Source: Carcharhinus amblyrhynchos (lineage: Eukaryota). From it: 64,000 nucleotides of DNA. Every line of letters begins with the position of its first letter. The first letter of the stretch is position 1. Below, in pieces: positions 1-12,463 of this stretch. The DNA lies in assembly GCA_965287045.1 (NCBI GenBank), contig OZ336878.1:105028001-105092000 (forward strand), written 5' to 3'. Both the position numbers and the translations under genes were made by a program. The notes under the pieces were generated by a model. The model was not told the DNA's origin. It saw only the letters and a program-made list of their open reading frames with translations, and searched no databases.

Positions 1-355
1 GCTTGTTGGGCTAGTGACCGTTGCAAGACATCTTTCATCACTCCCCTTAACTGTTCTTTCTTATTATTGAGGCCCTGCATGTCAATTGAGTTAACCACGC
101 TGGATCAGGTGTTTATTCCTGTGAGGATGTGATTGACTATGCCATATTTCCTTCTGCGTGTGCGTTGTCTCTGTAGGGTGCTGCTTCCATCGCATCGATA
201 GCCCGCTTTATAGTTTCTCGGCCCAGCGTTCAGTACGTGCCTCGTGTCTGTTCTGAACAGTATCCCGGCACCTGGATCCCCGAGATATTGATCAGAACAG
301 GCACGATTTCGTGTTTCACGTTGTCATATACAAATTTTCCCTCGTTCCACAGTCC
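1..355 (-). pseudogene. env: env remnant of ERV-A (F2-like segment, basic cleavage site, fusion peptide, heptad)
   Basis: Manual translation GKFVYDNVKHEIVPVLINISGIQVPGYCSEQTRGTY*TLGRETIKRAIDAME, a frameshift, then LQRQRTRRRK/YGIVNHILTGINT*SSVVNSIDMQGLNNKKEQLRGVMKDVLQRSLAQQ; two stops. Confidence 0.7.
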
Positions 356-1142
356 TCCCCCCGCCCCCCCCCCCCCCCCCCCACCACCACCACCCCCCCC
401 CCCCCCACCCCCCGCTCAACAAGCGGCAGGGTAAGACTTCGACTGTCGTGGTCGTGGGGGCACGCGTCCATAGTGCCCACAAATATCAGTGTCCGATTTC
501 AAAAAGTCTTTTTGTGGCGGTGCTCGCGGGCCTTCGGGAAGGGCGCAAATAGTTCCGATGGTGTAGCCAGAGTCGATCAGCGAGTCTGGCCGTTGGATAC
601 ACGCTCGGATCTTACCCATTGTGCAAGTGAAGCAGATCACATCGATACCCGGGTGGACTTGTAGCCATGAATTGGAATACATTCTGTTGTTCTCGGGGAA
701 CGGTGCAGCCGGTGCGCACAACGCCTCGGACGTATTGAATATTATTCCATGGGATTGTTGATAGGTAGTATGCCCCTGGAAGGCGACCCTTGACAAGAAG
801 ATCATGGATAGGGCCTACCTCAATGTGGTTAGCATTATCCCGGAGAGGGGTAGGAAGGGTACACGAAGCCTGGTGGCCGCCAGGTATTAAAATCTTAGTA
901 TTAACTAATTTCTATTAAATAACCTACTTAGGCATGCCTCTACATCTATATACACATATACACACATTAGAGCCATGGCCCTCCTCCGTCCTAGAAATGA
1001 AGGTTGTGGATCCGCTGTGTGGATAGAGGTGGTTAGTTATGGGTCGATACTTGGCCCGTTTACGTCGACGGGCTATTCTTGTCCTAACAGTCGGTCTGTC
1101 CTGTACCCCCTCCACCCCCCACCCCGCCCCCGCCCCTGAGTG

Positions 1143-1427
1143 TTATGCCTTTAACTGTGACCAGTGTTTCCAGCGGCCTTTCCCTTTGATGTCAACGCAG
1201 GCACATGTGTCTCTGGTGAGCATAATCTCACGGGGTCCTACCCATTTCGGTGCGAACCCTGTTTGGTCAGGGGCAACTCGGATTAAAACCTTGTCCCCTA
1301 ATTGGGGAAGTGTGGTGGTGTGACAGATGTCATGTTTCTTAACCTGGTCTCTTATAGCTTGTTGATCTCTGGTTGCGTGATGTAGCTCTCTGAGTTGGTG
1401 GTCTAACTGTTGTACATTTCTTTTCAT
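1143..1427 (-). pseudogene. pol: Integrase C-terminal (GPY/F-type) fragment
   Basis: ORF LPQLGDKVLIR...FAPKWVGPREIMLTRDTCACVDIKGKGRWKHWSQLK matches the G-D-x-V...P-K-W-x-G-P...W-x-H-x-S-Q-L-K pattern. Confidence 0.85.
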
Positions 1428-1948
1428 TTTATCCTGGGGGTGGCGGGGGGGGCACCGTCGTAATTTTTAAAATCTGATACTTTGGACCAGTTTGATTACT
1501 CCAATGTCTTACCCCAGTTCCCTTATTTGCAAGATGGACAATTGGGTGATGCGTCGAGTGGACGGACAAAGCTATTTACAATCTCGACTGTGATGTCCTG
1601 ATTCTTCCTTAGTGAAGGCAAACTACGCCTACGTGGGCGGGCTTTGACTGCAGGTACATTTTTTGGTAGTGAGCGCCGGGTCAAACGGTTCTGGGAGTCC
1701 CGGTACCAGGAGCCCCATAGGGGGTAAGATTTGCGGGGTTTCCCATCTTTTTCGTCGGCGCCTCCTGACCGTGGTTTTATTCCTGAAGGTCTGTAAATTG
1801 GGCAGGAGACGTAGGTTCATGTGCTGGTTCTGGGGTAAGTGGGTGGGGGTTGTAGCTGCTTGTTTCGCCGGCCCTTCGAAAGGCATGGGTTGGGGTCCAT
1901 CGTCAGGGAATTGCTGAGATATTCGTGTAGGGTAGGAGCGTGGTACCT

Positions 1949-1990
1949 ACAGTTCCTTGCAAAATGGTTGGGTTGCCCGCAGGTATGACA
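1949..1990 (-). pseudogene. gag: Gag nucleocapsid zinc knuckle CX2CX4HX4C
   Basis: CHTCGQPNHFARNC within ORF 1817..2227. Confidence 0.9.
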
Positions 1991-2256
1991 CTGTACTTGT
2001 GGGGGTGCATATCTGAGGTTGGTTCTATCTTGTCCCCTGTACCTGGGGTTGGGGATATATCGGGGTTCTGCCCGGGGCTGCGGTTTTCTGTATCGATGAT
2101 TGGCAGAGGTATGTGGGGGTGGGTGCCCTCTGCTACATACTCCATCTTTGTCCCTGGACACCCCTGCCTCTTCCCACTGTGTCACCTCATCTGGGCTTGC
2201 ATTACCCTGCAGCTTGTAAAGATCCACTTCCTCCAGGGGTGCCGTTGTGGCAGCGG

Positions 2257-2502
2257 CTATGTGCGGGAGGGCTTCCCCAGCTGCAGCCTTGCCGTAGCGT
2301 CTGCTAGTTGATTCCCCTTCTGTTCTGCTGTCCTCACTCTCTGGTGGGCTTTTACCTTAATTACAGCTGCTTCTGAGGGAAGCTTGGCTGCAGCTACCAG
2401 GTTTGGAATTATATTTTCATGCCTTATGCGCCTCCCCCCCTCCACCCCCACGTTGGTGTTAAGCCCGCGCCCTTTCCAGACCATCATGTAGTCGTGGGTC
2501 AC
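2257..2502 (-). pseudogene. pol: RNase H C-terminal fragment
   Basis: HDYMMVWKGRGL...AAVIKVKAHQ...KGNQLADATAR (KVKAH...GN.LAD..A motif). Confidence 0.85.
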
Positions 2503-2795
2503 CCATTTAAAGTTAAGTCAAAGTGTAAAGCATTGTGTGCACAATATTCCACAAACAAGCCGGCTTTAACAACTCTGCTCTTATCTCAATGCAACAACAA
2601 TCACCTACATTCGACAAGCAGCCAGACCACACAAATACACTGAAATACAAAAACTGTCCAAATTATCAGCTCAACCTTAGATTTTCTCTAATCAATCTTC
2701 CATCTTACCAATTAATTTGTAATATTTTCCTAATATGTTGAGAGACTAGTCTCTTTCTGTCATAATTATGTACCACACCCTGCGAACTTCCTCCT

Positions 2796-4300
2796 TTAAA
2801 AAAAACAAAGGACCACTTGGGTGTGATTATATGCAGTGCTAAGATTCTTTAAAACATTCATTCCCTCCCAATCAACAACCTCTCCTGGTAGTTCCATGTC
2901 TTCCTTGCAACTAATAGTCACAGAATCCATCAAACCGGGGGCAAATTCTAAACTTACTGTGGGGTCAGGTGCCTCCGGAAAAAGAAGTGGGTGGGGGCGG
3001 GCGGGGGGGGTGGGGGAGGCGGTGGGGTCCCAGTCACTGCCACAACCCAATCCATAAACACTATCTCCCTCTGACTCAACTGTCCCAAACGCAGACAACA
3101 TCCCTATCTGCATTGACAACTGAGATTTTAATTGATTAATCTCCTGCTGGAAAATGAAGTAATCAGAACTTGGATTATTTTCACTAACTTGATATAACTT
3201 AAGCTGACTCATAGACAATATATTTACCTGATTATTTTGTTCCTGCTCATCTACTTTCCCACAGCATTACTTATTTTCTTCTCTTAACTTCTCAACTAAT
3301 TCTCTCATAATTTCGCTTTAACTTCATTTTCTCTGACTCCTCACTCAGTAACTCTTCTAAACTACTAATCACAATAAATTTACTCAGTTTCAACAAACAT
3401 TTCCTTCATCTCTGTTTCTCTCTTTAAAACATCTCTTACTCACGGACCCCAGATCCAAAAACTCACTATAGTATTCTACCCATTTCTCAAGGCAAAGTCC
3501 CAGGAGAACAAGAATTGACTAAAGGGTGCAGTGCCTGCTAATTTACCAACCAGTCCCTCTAAGTCAGTTGGTATTAAGGGTGTGATGAACACTCCTCTCT
3601 ACTCCAGAGTTAGGTTTGAGCCTTGACTCATCGTCGACAATAGAGTCCACTCTTCCCCTTGACTAGCCTCCCTTCAAAATCTGCCCTTGGGATTCCAGTC
3701 CTATCTCGGTATTAGCACAAGATTCTGCCCATAGATTCTTCGTAATATATTCTCTTTCTTCTTTCTTCATAATATATTCTCTGATTTTTTTTTATATGGG
3801 ACATTTCTCTTTCTCTGTACCTTTCCTGCTTGGTGTAATACTTTTACTGCAGCCTGCTGGTCACGGCATTTGCGTTTAAACTCCTCTACTTGTTGCAGCG
3901 CAGCCTCTCCCTCACTGGCAGCACGCTGTGTCTTTTGGTAAACTTTATCACATTGAGCCTGGAACTGGCTCATGTGTATCATATTGATTTGGTTCCTTTC
4001 CTCTCGTGTGTCTACCTCCGCTTCTAATTGTTGAATGTGTGTGGTAGCACTCATTAAGTCCTGTTTAACCCAGATAATCTCTGCTTCTCTGCCAAGGAGC
4101 TGTTCCAGACAACTGGCAATTGCAGTCACTTTCCGAAGCTTGTGAGCCTTTTTACCCACCTCCTTTTTGACACGTATCCAACAATTCTCTCCCTCGGATC
4201 CCAGGTCCGGTTTCGGGGCATAACCCCACTGTACCCATCTAGGCCACTTATGATTCAAATATAAACGGAGAACTTCCTCCCATTCGGCATGACTGGCCAT
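2796..4300 (-). pseudogene. gag: Gag N-terminal/coiled-coil remnants (two segments, broken frames)
   Basis: ORF 3767..4300 is the first long ORF after the leader and has a heptad-rich E/Q/K region; ORF 2796..3218 has a coiled coil followed by Pro-rich PTASPTPP. Confidence 0.6.
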
Positions 4301-6185
4301 AATTATTTCCTTTTAGGATTCGTTACTTGAGAATACATTAGGTTTCGGAGTGGGGGTCCGGTTTTCACTAAATTCCCTCCCACAGATTTAACCCAAATTT
4401 TCAAGACTGTCCTAGTTCCAACTACAAGTTTACCCACGTTGCGTTACAGATACCGGGTCTATGGCTCAATTTACTGGTCAAATCTGTATTAGTCCTTCAC
4501 TCACATAAGACTGGCCGTCACGTGAGGCGCCTGCCTTCTTAATTCAGGCTCAGACGGAGTGTTGGAGAATACTGGGTTGAAGGTTCAGCTTCGGAGAAAC
4601 GTATTGCTTTTTATCGAAGCACCGACTGGCTTACGAACTCGCCATATCGGGGAGTTGGACACTGGGTCTTAAGATATCCTGGGCGACCAAAGCCTGAACA
4701 ATTTCCTCAGTGGGTCGTAGTTCCTCGGGCTTTAGGGGGTATTATTTGTGGGGAGTGTGGACTGGCCCGCATATGTGTAGGGAAGAGATTCTTACGAGGC
4801 CGCACTCTTGTTTTTCCTTGGGGACCCAGTATCCCTGAGTCCCACGTACATGTATATTATTTAAATTATATACCTTTTAAGCACAATCATGGCCATTTAT
4901 TATACTCAAAAGGCTGAGGAATCTATTTCAATTCAGCCCAATTCAATTTCCAATTTTTATTTAAACTTTGTGTCAAACCCCACTGTTGTAAAATCACAAT
5001 TAGCGGAAGAACATTAAAACATTAATAAAACAACAAAACAAAAACATCGATTCCACCACTTCACCAAACACACACGCAGACACACATGGAAACTTTCAAC
5101 AGGCATTCCACATTACCTTCATCAGGTTTTTGACTAGACTCTTATTTTGTCTGCTAGGTAGCAGGTGAGGCACCCTTCTGGTCCCCATTCAAAGGTGGTA
5201 CTATTGCTATCCATGTTGGTTTCCTTTACTAGGATGAGTAGTGTACCAACCCTGGCTCTAATGCTTTCACAGACACCTGTGTGTGTATCTCTGATTGGGT
5301 TACGGTCTCGTGTTTCCACTGTTAGTGCGTTTGTACCTTCAGTGACAACCCGCAGAGCCCGACCTGCGTGTAGCGGGGAGATTGCCGCTCTCAGAGGCAG
5401 GTGAGCTCTGTACAGCCTCTCTGCAGGGGCCGCAGCACACGGAAAGACTACCGACTACAGTGACCGGGACCCCTAGCTCCTACCCAAACTCCTATCGCTA
5501 AATCGACTCTCAGAAGGCAGCCGTTTCCCTATCTCCTTGGGAGTCACCCGGACTTGGGTGCGGAGTGGCGTGTAGCCGACCGCGGGTCGGAGTCCCCCGA
5601 TGTGTAGTCGTTTTTTCACGCTACCAGAGGTCTCCTGTTTGTAGCGGTCGAGGCACCCACAGAGGCTTCAGGCTTAGTAGCGCCCGAACATGTAGCAAAT
5701 TCCTCGCGGATTTTGCACCCAGTGGCGCGATCGCTCGTGCCTGCAGATGTCCTCACCGACTTGCAGCGCCCGGACTTGTATCGAAATCCGAGAGTCAGAT
5801 CCCAGTGGCCCGAAAGCTTGGACGTCCTCCTTAACCTTAAATCACAGGGCGCTGTCGCTGAACCTTAAATCCCAGAGTAATATCCCTACTCTGTAACACC
5901 TTTTCTGTCGGGTACCTTAGTGGGCCGTCAGTCAGTGGTCGGGCTGGTCAGGGGTCAGCGGAATAACACAATGAATTACAGTTCGCGATCCCAACCGCCC
6001 GCCCAAAATAAACTTGAACCCACGTTACCGCGGTGCGGCAACTGAACGGACCCTGCTCACAAGTTCAGATCGCGGCAGCCGTGAAACACCGCTCTGACCC
6101 TGGGACACTAATATTCCGCGGGTTTGATGAAATGAGTAAAGATACTCACCCATTGCCAGGAGACGGCGTTCCAGCGCCGGTGGCG

Positions 6186-6203
6186 ATCCCGGACGAGCCC
6201 CCA
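6186..6203 (-). promoter_or_regulatory. Primer binding site, tRNA-Pro
   Basis: Minus strand TGGGGGCTCGTCCGGGAT, the 18-nt PBS-Pro known from MLV, 2 nt after the LTR-terminal CA. Confidence 0.95.
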
Positions 6204-6205
6204 GT

Positions 6206-6857
6206 TGTTAGCGCGAGTGGGCGAAACGGCCACTACAGACAGAGGGTGAAGTTCAACAACAGCACAGCTTTATTTTCTTTTACGTCGACGGAGAAGCGCA
6301 GTCAGGACATCCAATCGGACTGTCCCGAAAGCGTTCTAACGATCCCTCGCAGCGGGCAATAGTTATACCTGAACTTCGGTGTAGTATTCTAATACTAAAT
6401 TAACAGTACTCGGCCTTAGCCATCCTGTCTTGATGTTTTCAAGTGTAGGGGAAATTGTTTTAAGTGTGTGTTAATCGTTTTGTCTGATTGGTTGTTAATG
6501 GTCTAGAACCTCTGCGGTTTGAACCATAGGTGTGTCATTGATCTGAAAAGAGGTTTGAGGGACCAGGGACGTTTCTCTAGCTGTGCTAATTTGAGGTGTC
6601 TCCATGGGTTGTTTGACTGTTTTAGAAGTGCTGATTTTGATGGGGTGGAGATGTGTTTTTTTTTAATTTAGTTCCCGTAGGTGCCGTCCTGTCCAGCTTC
6701 CCTTGTGTGCTAGCCTTCATTTACATTCTGAAAGCATGCCCTTGCCTGCTAATCTGTGTCTGATACTTTGTGATTTTTAGTGGAGTCGCTCTGAGTGTAT
6801 CTTTAGTCTGCTTCCATATTGTGTACCCAGTTTCATGAAAATTGTTGTCCGATAACA
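6206..6857 (-). repeat. 5' LTR of ERV-A (~652 bp)
   Basis: Minus strand begins TGTTATCGGACAAC and ends GCGCTAACA; AATAAA near the 3' end; adjacent PBS; homologous to 12806-13452. Confidence 0.92.
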
Positions 6858-8135
6858 AAACTATGCCGACAGTGTTATAGTAAGTGTGTGCTATGAGTAT
6901 GATTCCGAAATTAATGATGGCACCGTGATATATTTAAATGCCGAGTGGTGTTGCCAAGTGTTGGCGACCTTGTACTTGAATACTGTCGAGGAATTCTGCT
7001 TCCAGATGGCAGCGTTGATGTGTTTGGAATTTGCTATTAGAGCTGCTCTGATGAATTTCAGCCGACGAGCATTGTAAAAAATGAATGCAACGTTTGAGTT
7101 TGACTTTTGCAGTTGAGGTGGTAGCTCAGGGCTTTGTGTGGTGTTGGGTGACGGAGTGTGGTTGTACATCGAGACTTTTGCTTTCCATTGGATCGCGTTG
7201 AAGCTGTTGAGTGTTCTTGGAGCTACATCTATTACGGCAGGTCACAGCTACTCATTAATTGCACGTTTTAGATGGTGACGATTTTTAGGTGAGGGCGATT
7301 TTTAGGTAAGATGATTAATTATTTACACGCTTTCTAGCCTCTAATCTGTTGTTCTGGCCCCAACAGTTACACAGCTGGAACTTTACAGTTTTGTCATCAA
7401 GATCGAACCGAATAATTTTGACAACATTACAATCAGCGATTGCATTGCCAACTTAAACTAAACTTAGTGGATAAAGGTTAGTTATTTCTCATGAAGCAAT
7501 TTATTGCCTGGGAATTCTTGGGCCCGAATGTTACTTGTCGATGCTCAGTCCAAACCGGGAAATCAACAGAACTTGAGATTCCGTTGAACAGCTTGAAAAT
7601 GCTCATAAAATAAGACTCGCACACTATTTTAGTACATTCTCTAGCCAATCGTTAAATGAATAATGAAAAATCTTATTATTAGTGATAATGATCGAGTATC
7701 ACTGCCTGTTAATTACAGTCGCCTGAACGAAATATTTTCCAATTTAACAGACCGACCAACAACACGCAACAACTGAGGACATTGGTTTGCAAGTAAATGG
7801 GAGCAAGCACCAACAGTAATTTAGGGCAATGGTTCCAACGATGAAACTTACGAGACGAGATGAGACCAGAGGATAATGTATAAGTTTTCCTGTTGTTTTA
7901 GTTAAGCAACCCATCCACAATGTTAAATCAATCTAAAAGCAAATTGCAACGAATGATAAAAATCCGAATTCAAAAGAAATGATGCTGGAAATTTGCTGTT
8001 ATAGTTTTTCTGAAGAATTTCAAGTGATGTAATTGTGATTTTCTAGCATTTCCTTTTATGTTAAGAATTACATTGAGTTAAAATGGGGTTATTGGAAGAA
8101 GAGGATATCGAAAAGTTGACGCCCTGTTAAGTTAC

Positions 8136-8161
8136 CGATTCCCTGTCCACGTTGTCTCGAT
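8136..8161 (-). pseudogene. Degenerate micro-exon copy (26 nt, frame-breaking)
   Basis: AG and GT present but 1 nt short. Confidence 0.45.
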
Positions 8162-9798
8162 CTGCTCAAGTGGAGAAGTAAAGCAAATTAGTCGTTCCAA
8201 ACCTCGAGCTGTCCCACAGAACTGCTCCGATTTCAAATAAAGTGTCATTGACCTTCATCAAGAATTCGCTTTCTTTTCAGAGAGCGACTTTCCTGTTTAA
8301 AATTCCAGTAGATCGCTCTGCATTTAAAATGCATTTGTCCGTAATATTTTGATTTCACTCTTACCAAGGCGAAATTGATGTAGTGGACTGCTAATGGGAT
8401 TTAATGATTTCTATTTGAAAGAACATAATTTATTTTCCGGAGCCCTTCCGGCTTGCCGTTCAATAGTGGTAATATCAAAATAGGAATCTCACTTTTTTTT
8501 TGGAAAACCAATCACCAACTTGTACTTTCTTTATGAGAAGTAATGGTTCTCGATAGATCTGAGATCAATCGTCATCAGAAGACGGATGGGATCTGCAGCC
8601 ATATAATCCTGCAGAGACGGGGTGAACATTTACCTCCTGTGCTGCTGGTAAGCGTGCACTATGATTTTGATACTGCAAAATTGATGGCACGGTAACATAT
8701 TTTATTGTGGGGTGGTGTAGCCTCGGGCTTGCGGGGACGGGGTTGGGGGGGGGGGGGGTAGTTGGGGAGGGGGGTAAGGGGTGGTGTACTTGAATGTGGT
8801 GGAGGAATTCCGTTCCTGCAGCCCAACAACCATATTGTGGACATTTGCTTTTGTAGTTGGTTTGATGAATTCCAGCAAATTAATCTTGTGGAAAATGGCG
8901 GAACTGTGTGTGTTTAGCTTGTGGTGTTGAGGCAGTAGGTGGGGAAGTTAAGTAATTTTGGCTGACCGCGTGTGGTTGAATATCAATGAGTTTGCTTTCC
9001 AATGGATGACGGTGAATTTATTGAATGCTTTTTGAATTATATCCATGATGATTGCTCGAGGCGTCGCAATAATACTCGTCAATTCTACATTGTAGATGTT
9101 GGACAGGATGTTAGGGAGGAGTCGGAATGTACAGAATGTGCATCCGAGCCTCTAATCTTCTGTTCCAGCAACAGTATTGATATAACTGACACTATTATGA
9201 TTATACCCAAGATGGACCATAAGAATTTTGATAAAGGTGAATTCAGTGATTCTATTGCCAATTAATCTCAATGGATGAAGTTATTTTGTTTCTTCTCATG
9301 AAGCAGCTTGTGGCCTTACAATTCTCTGGCCAAAATGATGCTTACCATTTGTCAAGCCAAAGCGGGAAAATAAGGAGGATCTTGGATCCATTCAACAGCT
9401 TTAAAAAATGTTGATAATCTAAGAAAACATCCACCACATAGTCCAGGTTCTAATGACTCACTAAATTAAGAATGCAAAAATCATATTATTAGCTATAATA
9501 AATCGACCATTACAGTGCGTTAATTGTATCCAGTTGAATCAAACATTTGCCAAATGAACAGATGAACCAATGGCATACAGTGATTGATGACATTATTGTA
9601 GATAAATGGAAGCAATGGTTAAGAGTAATTGAACTCAATACACAACACGACAATTTACGAGACGACATATGACCAACGTGCAAATGACATTATTTTTACT
9701 GTTGTCTTATTTAAGCCACTTCGAAATAATTAGTGGCATTAAGTCAGGTGGAGATTATTACAAGAAAGCTACGAAAAATTGGCTTCTTGCTATGTTAC

Positions 9799-9825
9799 CT
9801 GATCTTCTGCCTATTTTGTCTCGAT
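9799..9825 (-). CDS. Putative 27-nt micro-exon (DRDKIGRRS)
   Basis: ttgctttacttctccatttgagcag|27 nt|gtaaca, open phase-1 frame. Confidence 0.5.
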
Positions 9826-10815
9826 CTGCTCAAATGGAGAAGTAAAGCAAATTAATCGTTCCAACACTTGAACCATCCCATAGAACGTGTCAAATTTCAA
9901 ATAAAACCTCATTGATCTTCGTCAGAAATTCGCTTTATTTTCAGGTAGCGTCTTTCCTTTTCAAACTTTCATTACTATACCTCTCAATTTAAAATGGCTT
10001 TTTCCACAGTATTTTGATTTCAGTCTTGCCTAAATTAAATCTGTGCAATGCAAAGCCAATCGGAGTTAATGGTTTCCAATTGAAAGAACACTTATTTTCA
10101 GGCCCTCCTCCGTTTTGGTGGTTAATAGCCTTACCGTTAAATTCGGACTCCCTTTTATTAAACATCAAAACAACAAATAGTGCACTCTTTAGATTCATCC
10201 ATGAGAAACGTATTTGCGAGCGACAGCAGAATTAATGCTCATTAGGAGTTGGAGGTGACCTGAATCCATGAATACGTGCAGATCATGCAGTGTCCAAATA
10301 CCCAGATTGTTTTTTGTGTATGTGTTCTTTGATATTGGCACAACAACTGTGATGCGTTGGCAATATATTGTAAGGTCGTTTGTTTTTGGCATGAGTTTGG
10401 AAGGCAGACATGAAGGATACCTAAGAATTCAGTACCTACAGGTCAGCATTAACGTGTTTGTAAAATTCTATTGGAATTATTTTGATAAATTTCAGCATAC
10501 ATTTTTTGTGCACAATAATGGAACAGTGTGACTTTGGATTGTGTAGTTGACGGGGAGGTGAGGCATTTCAGGATTGTTGTCCGACAGGGTGCCGATTAAC
10601 GCCAAACCGTCTTCGATATTTCGGTTGGCGTTGTCGTTTTTCAGTGCTGTTGGATTTATGTCTATCAGTGTGGTTCGAGGCTATTCTAGCTCACTCCTGA
10701 ACTGTGCATTGCTGGTCGTCGGCAGTATTTTGGGGAATTTTCGGATGGAAAAGTAGTGATAACTTGTTCCACGTTTCCTAGATTCTAATCTATTATTGTA
10801 GCCGCCGTATGTATA

Positions 10816-12463
10816 GGGCCTGACTTGACCTATTGGAGCCTAAGGGCCGGATCCGGGCCTAATATGGATCCGAGCCCGGAATCCTTGTTCCAGCGCCCCT
10901 CTACGCTTCTTGCCGGCTCTGATACAAACTGCGCTGCGAGCGGGACGTGGCGCTGCCTGGATGTTCGTATCTCTGAACTGCGCATGCGCAGTTCGAAGAA
11001 AATCGTAGGCATCGCGCCCAGGCGCGCAGCTGCGGCCGTTTCTGCCTTCTGAAAGGTCGCTTCCTGCTGTGTATCCTGTGTCAGCGCCCCCCAGGCGGAA
11101 CAATTCCAATACAACATCAATAGTTCGCTTTGGAAGGCAGGTCTATGCCAGGCTGCATCTTGTTTTGGTGGTTCCACCTGAATGTCCCACAAGTCATATC
11201 CGATACAAGGAGCCTATAAAAAATATGATGCCAGTTGATGCTTCTCTTCTTCCGGAAGCTGAAAGGAGAACAAGATTGTGCAAACGTGTTCCCAAAAGAG
11301 CTAGAACGAAAGAGGAGCAATTTGAAGATGAATTTAAAGTTGGCAATTATAGCAAATTCTGGACAAAGAAGTAGTCTTCAAAATTTTGGATTTTAGAAAC
11401 AACCATCACTGGACTGCTTGACTGGTGTTGACGTCAGTGGAACTTTGACAAATGAACATTTTATTGTGATTCATTAATAAGTTGTGATTTTCTTTTAATG
11501 ATTCGACTCCATTTGTTTTATTAAAATGTGTTTCTACAGGAAGGATCCAGCGAATGAAAAAAATCCTTGCTTTGTTTCTATTATTACATAGCTTAAGTGC
11601 ACCAAGAAAATGATTTGAATGTTAATTAGGCAATATCCATTCACATGAATCCTGTGCCTTCTGTTCCCGACTATATCTGTGTGGATTTGACTTACGCATA
11701 TTTAGTTGTTTGTGCGATGTATCATTTAGACCAGTAGGAGGGGAAAAAAAACAAACAGTAAGCGGAGAGACTGGCAGTCTGACACAGATGATCCTCTGGG
11801 TGGGGGGAGGTGGGAGCGCAGTTGGAACTCTGATTGGGTGGGGTAAAGGAGGGGGCGCAGATGGATCTCTGGTTGTGGGGAGGAGGGAGCAAAAATGGAT
11901 CTCTGGCTGGGGGTGGCAGGGAGGTCCGCTGCCGCTTTGCGGGCAATCTTTCCTTCCCACCGGAGGAACGAATCTCTCCTCCCGGAGTGGGCGTGCGGCC
12001 ATGTCATCCCACCAAACCTTCAGGATCAAGTGATTCTTCGTTGAGTAAATGAAGCAAATCTGGCTGATTCCACAGTGGATCCGCATGAAAGCCGGCAACA
12101 AGATCAGGGACAACTCCAAGAGGAGACACTGGAGAAGGATCAAGCTGGGCCTCGAAAGGGATACACCATCACTGGTACAATGCCTGCCATAGCCATCTCT
12201 CCCGCTCTCTTGCCCCTACAGGGAAGAGCAATCTGTTGCTTACAGCGCAGTTCCGGAACGGACCCAAAGTCGGTAAAGTGCAATTTGGTGGTAGAGTTGG
12301 GCGCATGGTTCATTAAATTGACTTAAATGGATGCAAACACATGTAAATTGCCGGGCCGCCCAATTTCGCCCAAATCAGTTGTTGGTAAAGTCGCGATCTG
12401 CTCGGACTCAGGTGCAAATCGCGTTAATGGCCCAATGCCCAAATTTACCGCGATTTTTCGCCC
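10816..12463. mobile_element. GC-rich non-autonomous DNA transposon/MITE-like insertion, right end apparently lost, carrying a retrocopy
   Basis: Interrupts the monomer after TATA with GGGCCTGACTTGACC; internal palindromes; GGTAAAGT/TTTACCG subterminal motifs; the monomer resumes at 12464. Confidence 0.55.
11003..11755 (+). pseudogene. MRPL55: Processed pseudogene (retrocopy) of mitochondrial ribosomal protein mL55/bL31m; coding remnant 11069-11374
   Basis: NSNTTSIVRFGRQVYARLHLVLVVPPECPTSHIRYKEPIKNMMPVDASLLPEAERRTRLCKR...YSKFWTKK resembles recalled MRPL55 ([27 protein letters not shown]...MPIDL...EERRARLRKR...FWT); intronless; no intact ATG; ATTAAA at 11520 and A-runs downstream. Confidence 0.88.

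Larger units (their letters stand above)
1..6857 (-). mobile_element. Defective endogenous retrovirus/LTR element (ERV-A): 5' LTR, PBS, gag, RNase H, NC, IN C-terminus and env remnants; runs off the window start
   Basis: TG...CA LTR, perfect tRNA-Pro PBS, CCHC knuckle, RNase H and integrase C-terminal motifs, and a furin/fusion-peptide-like env, all on the minus strand. Confidence 0.9.

Noticed and set aside
237-664. Proline-rich plus-strand ORFs
   Set aside because: Artefact of a poly-C tract on the antisense strand of the ERV env region
11069-11374. Functional MRPL55 gene
   Set aside because: No introns, no ATG, frameshifted presequence, altered DGST motif, and nested inside a transposon
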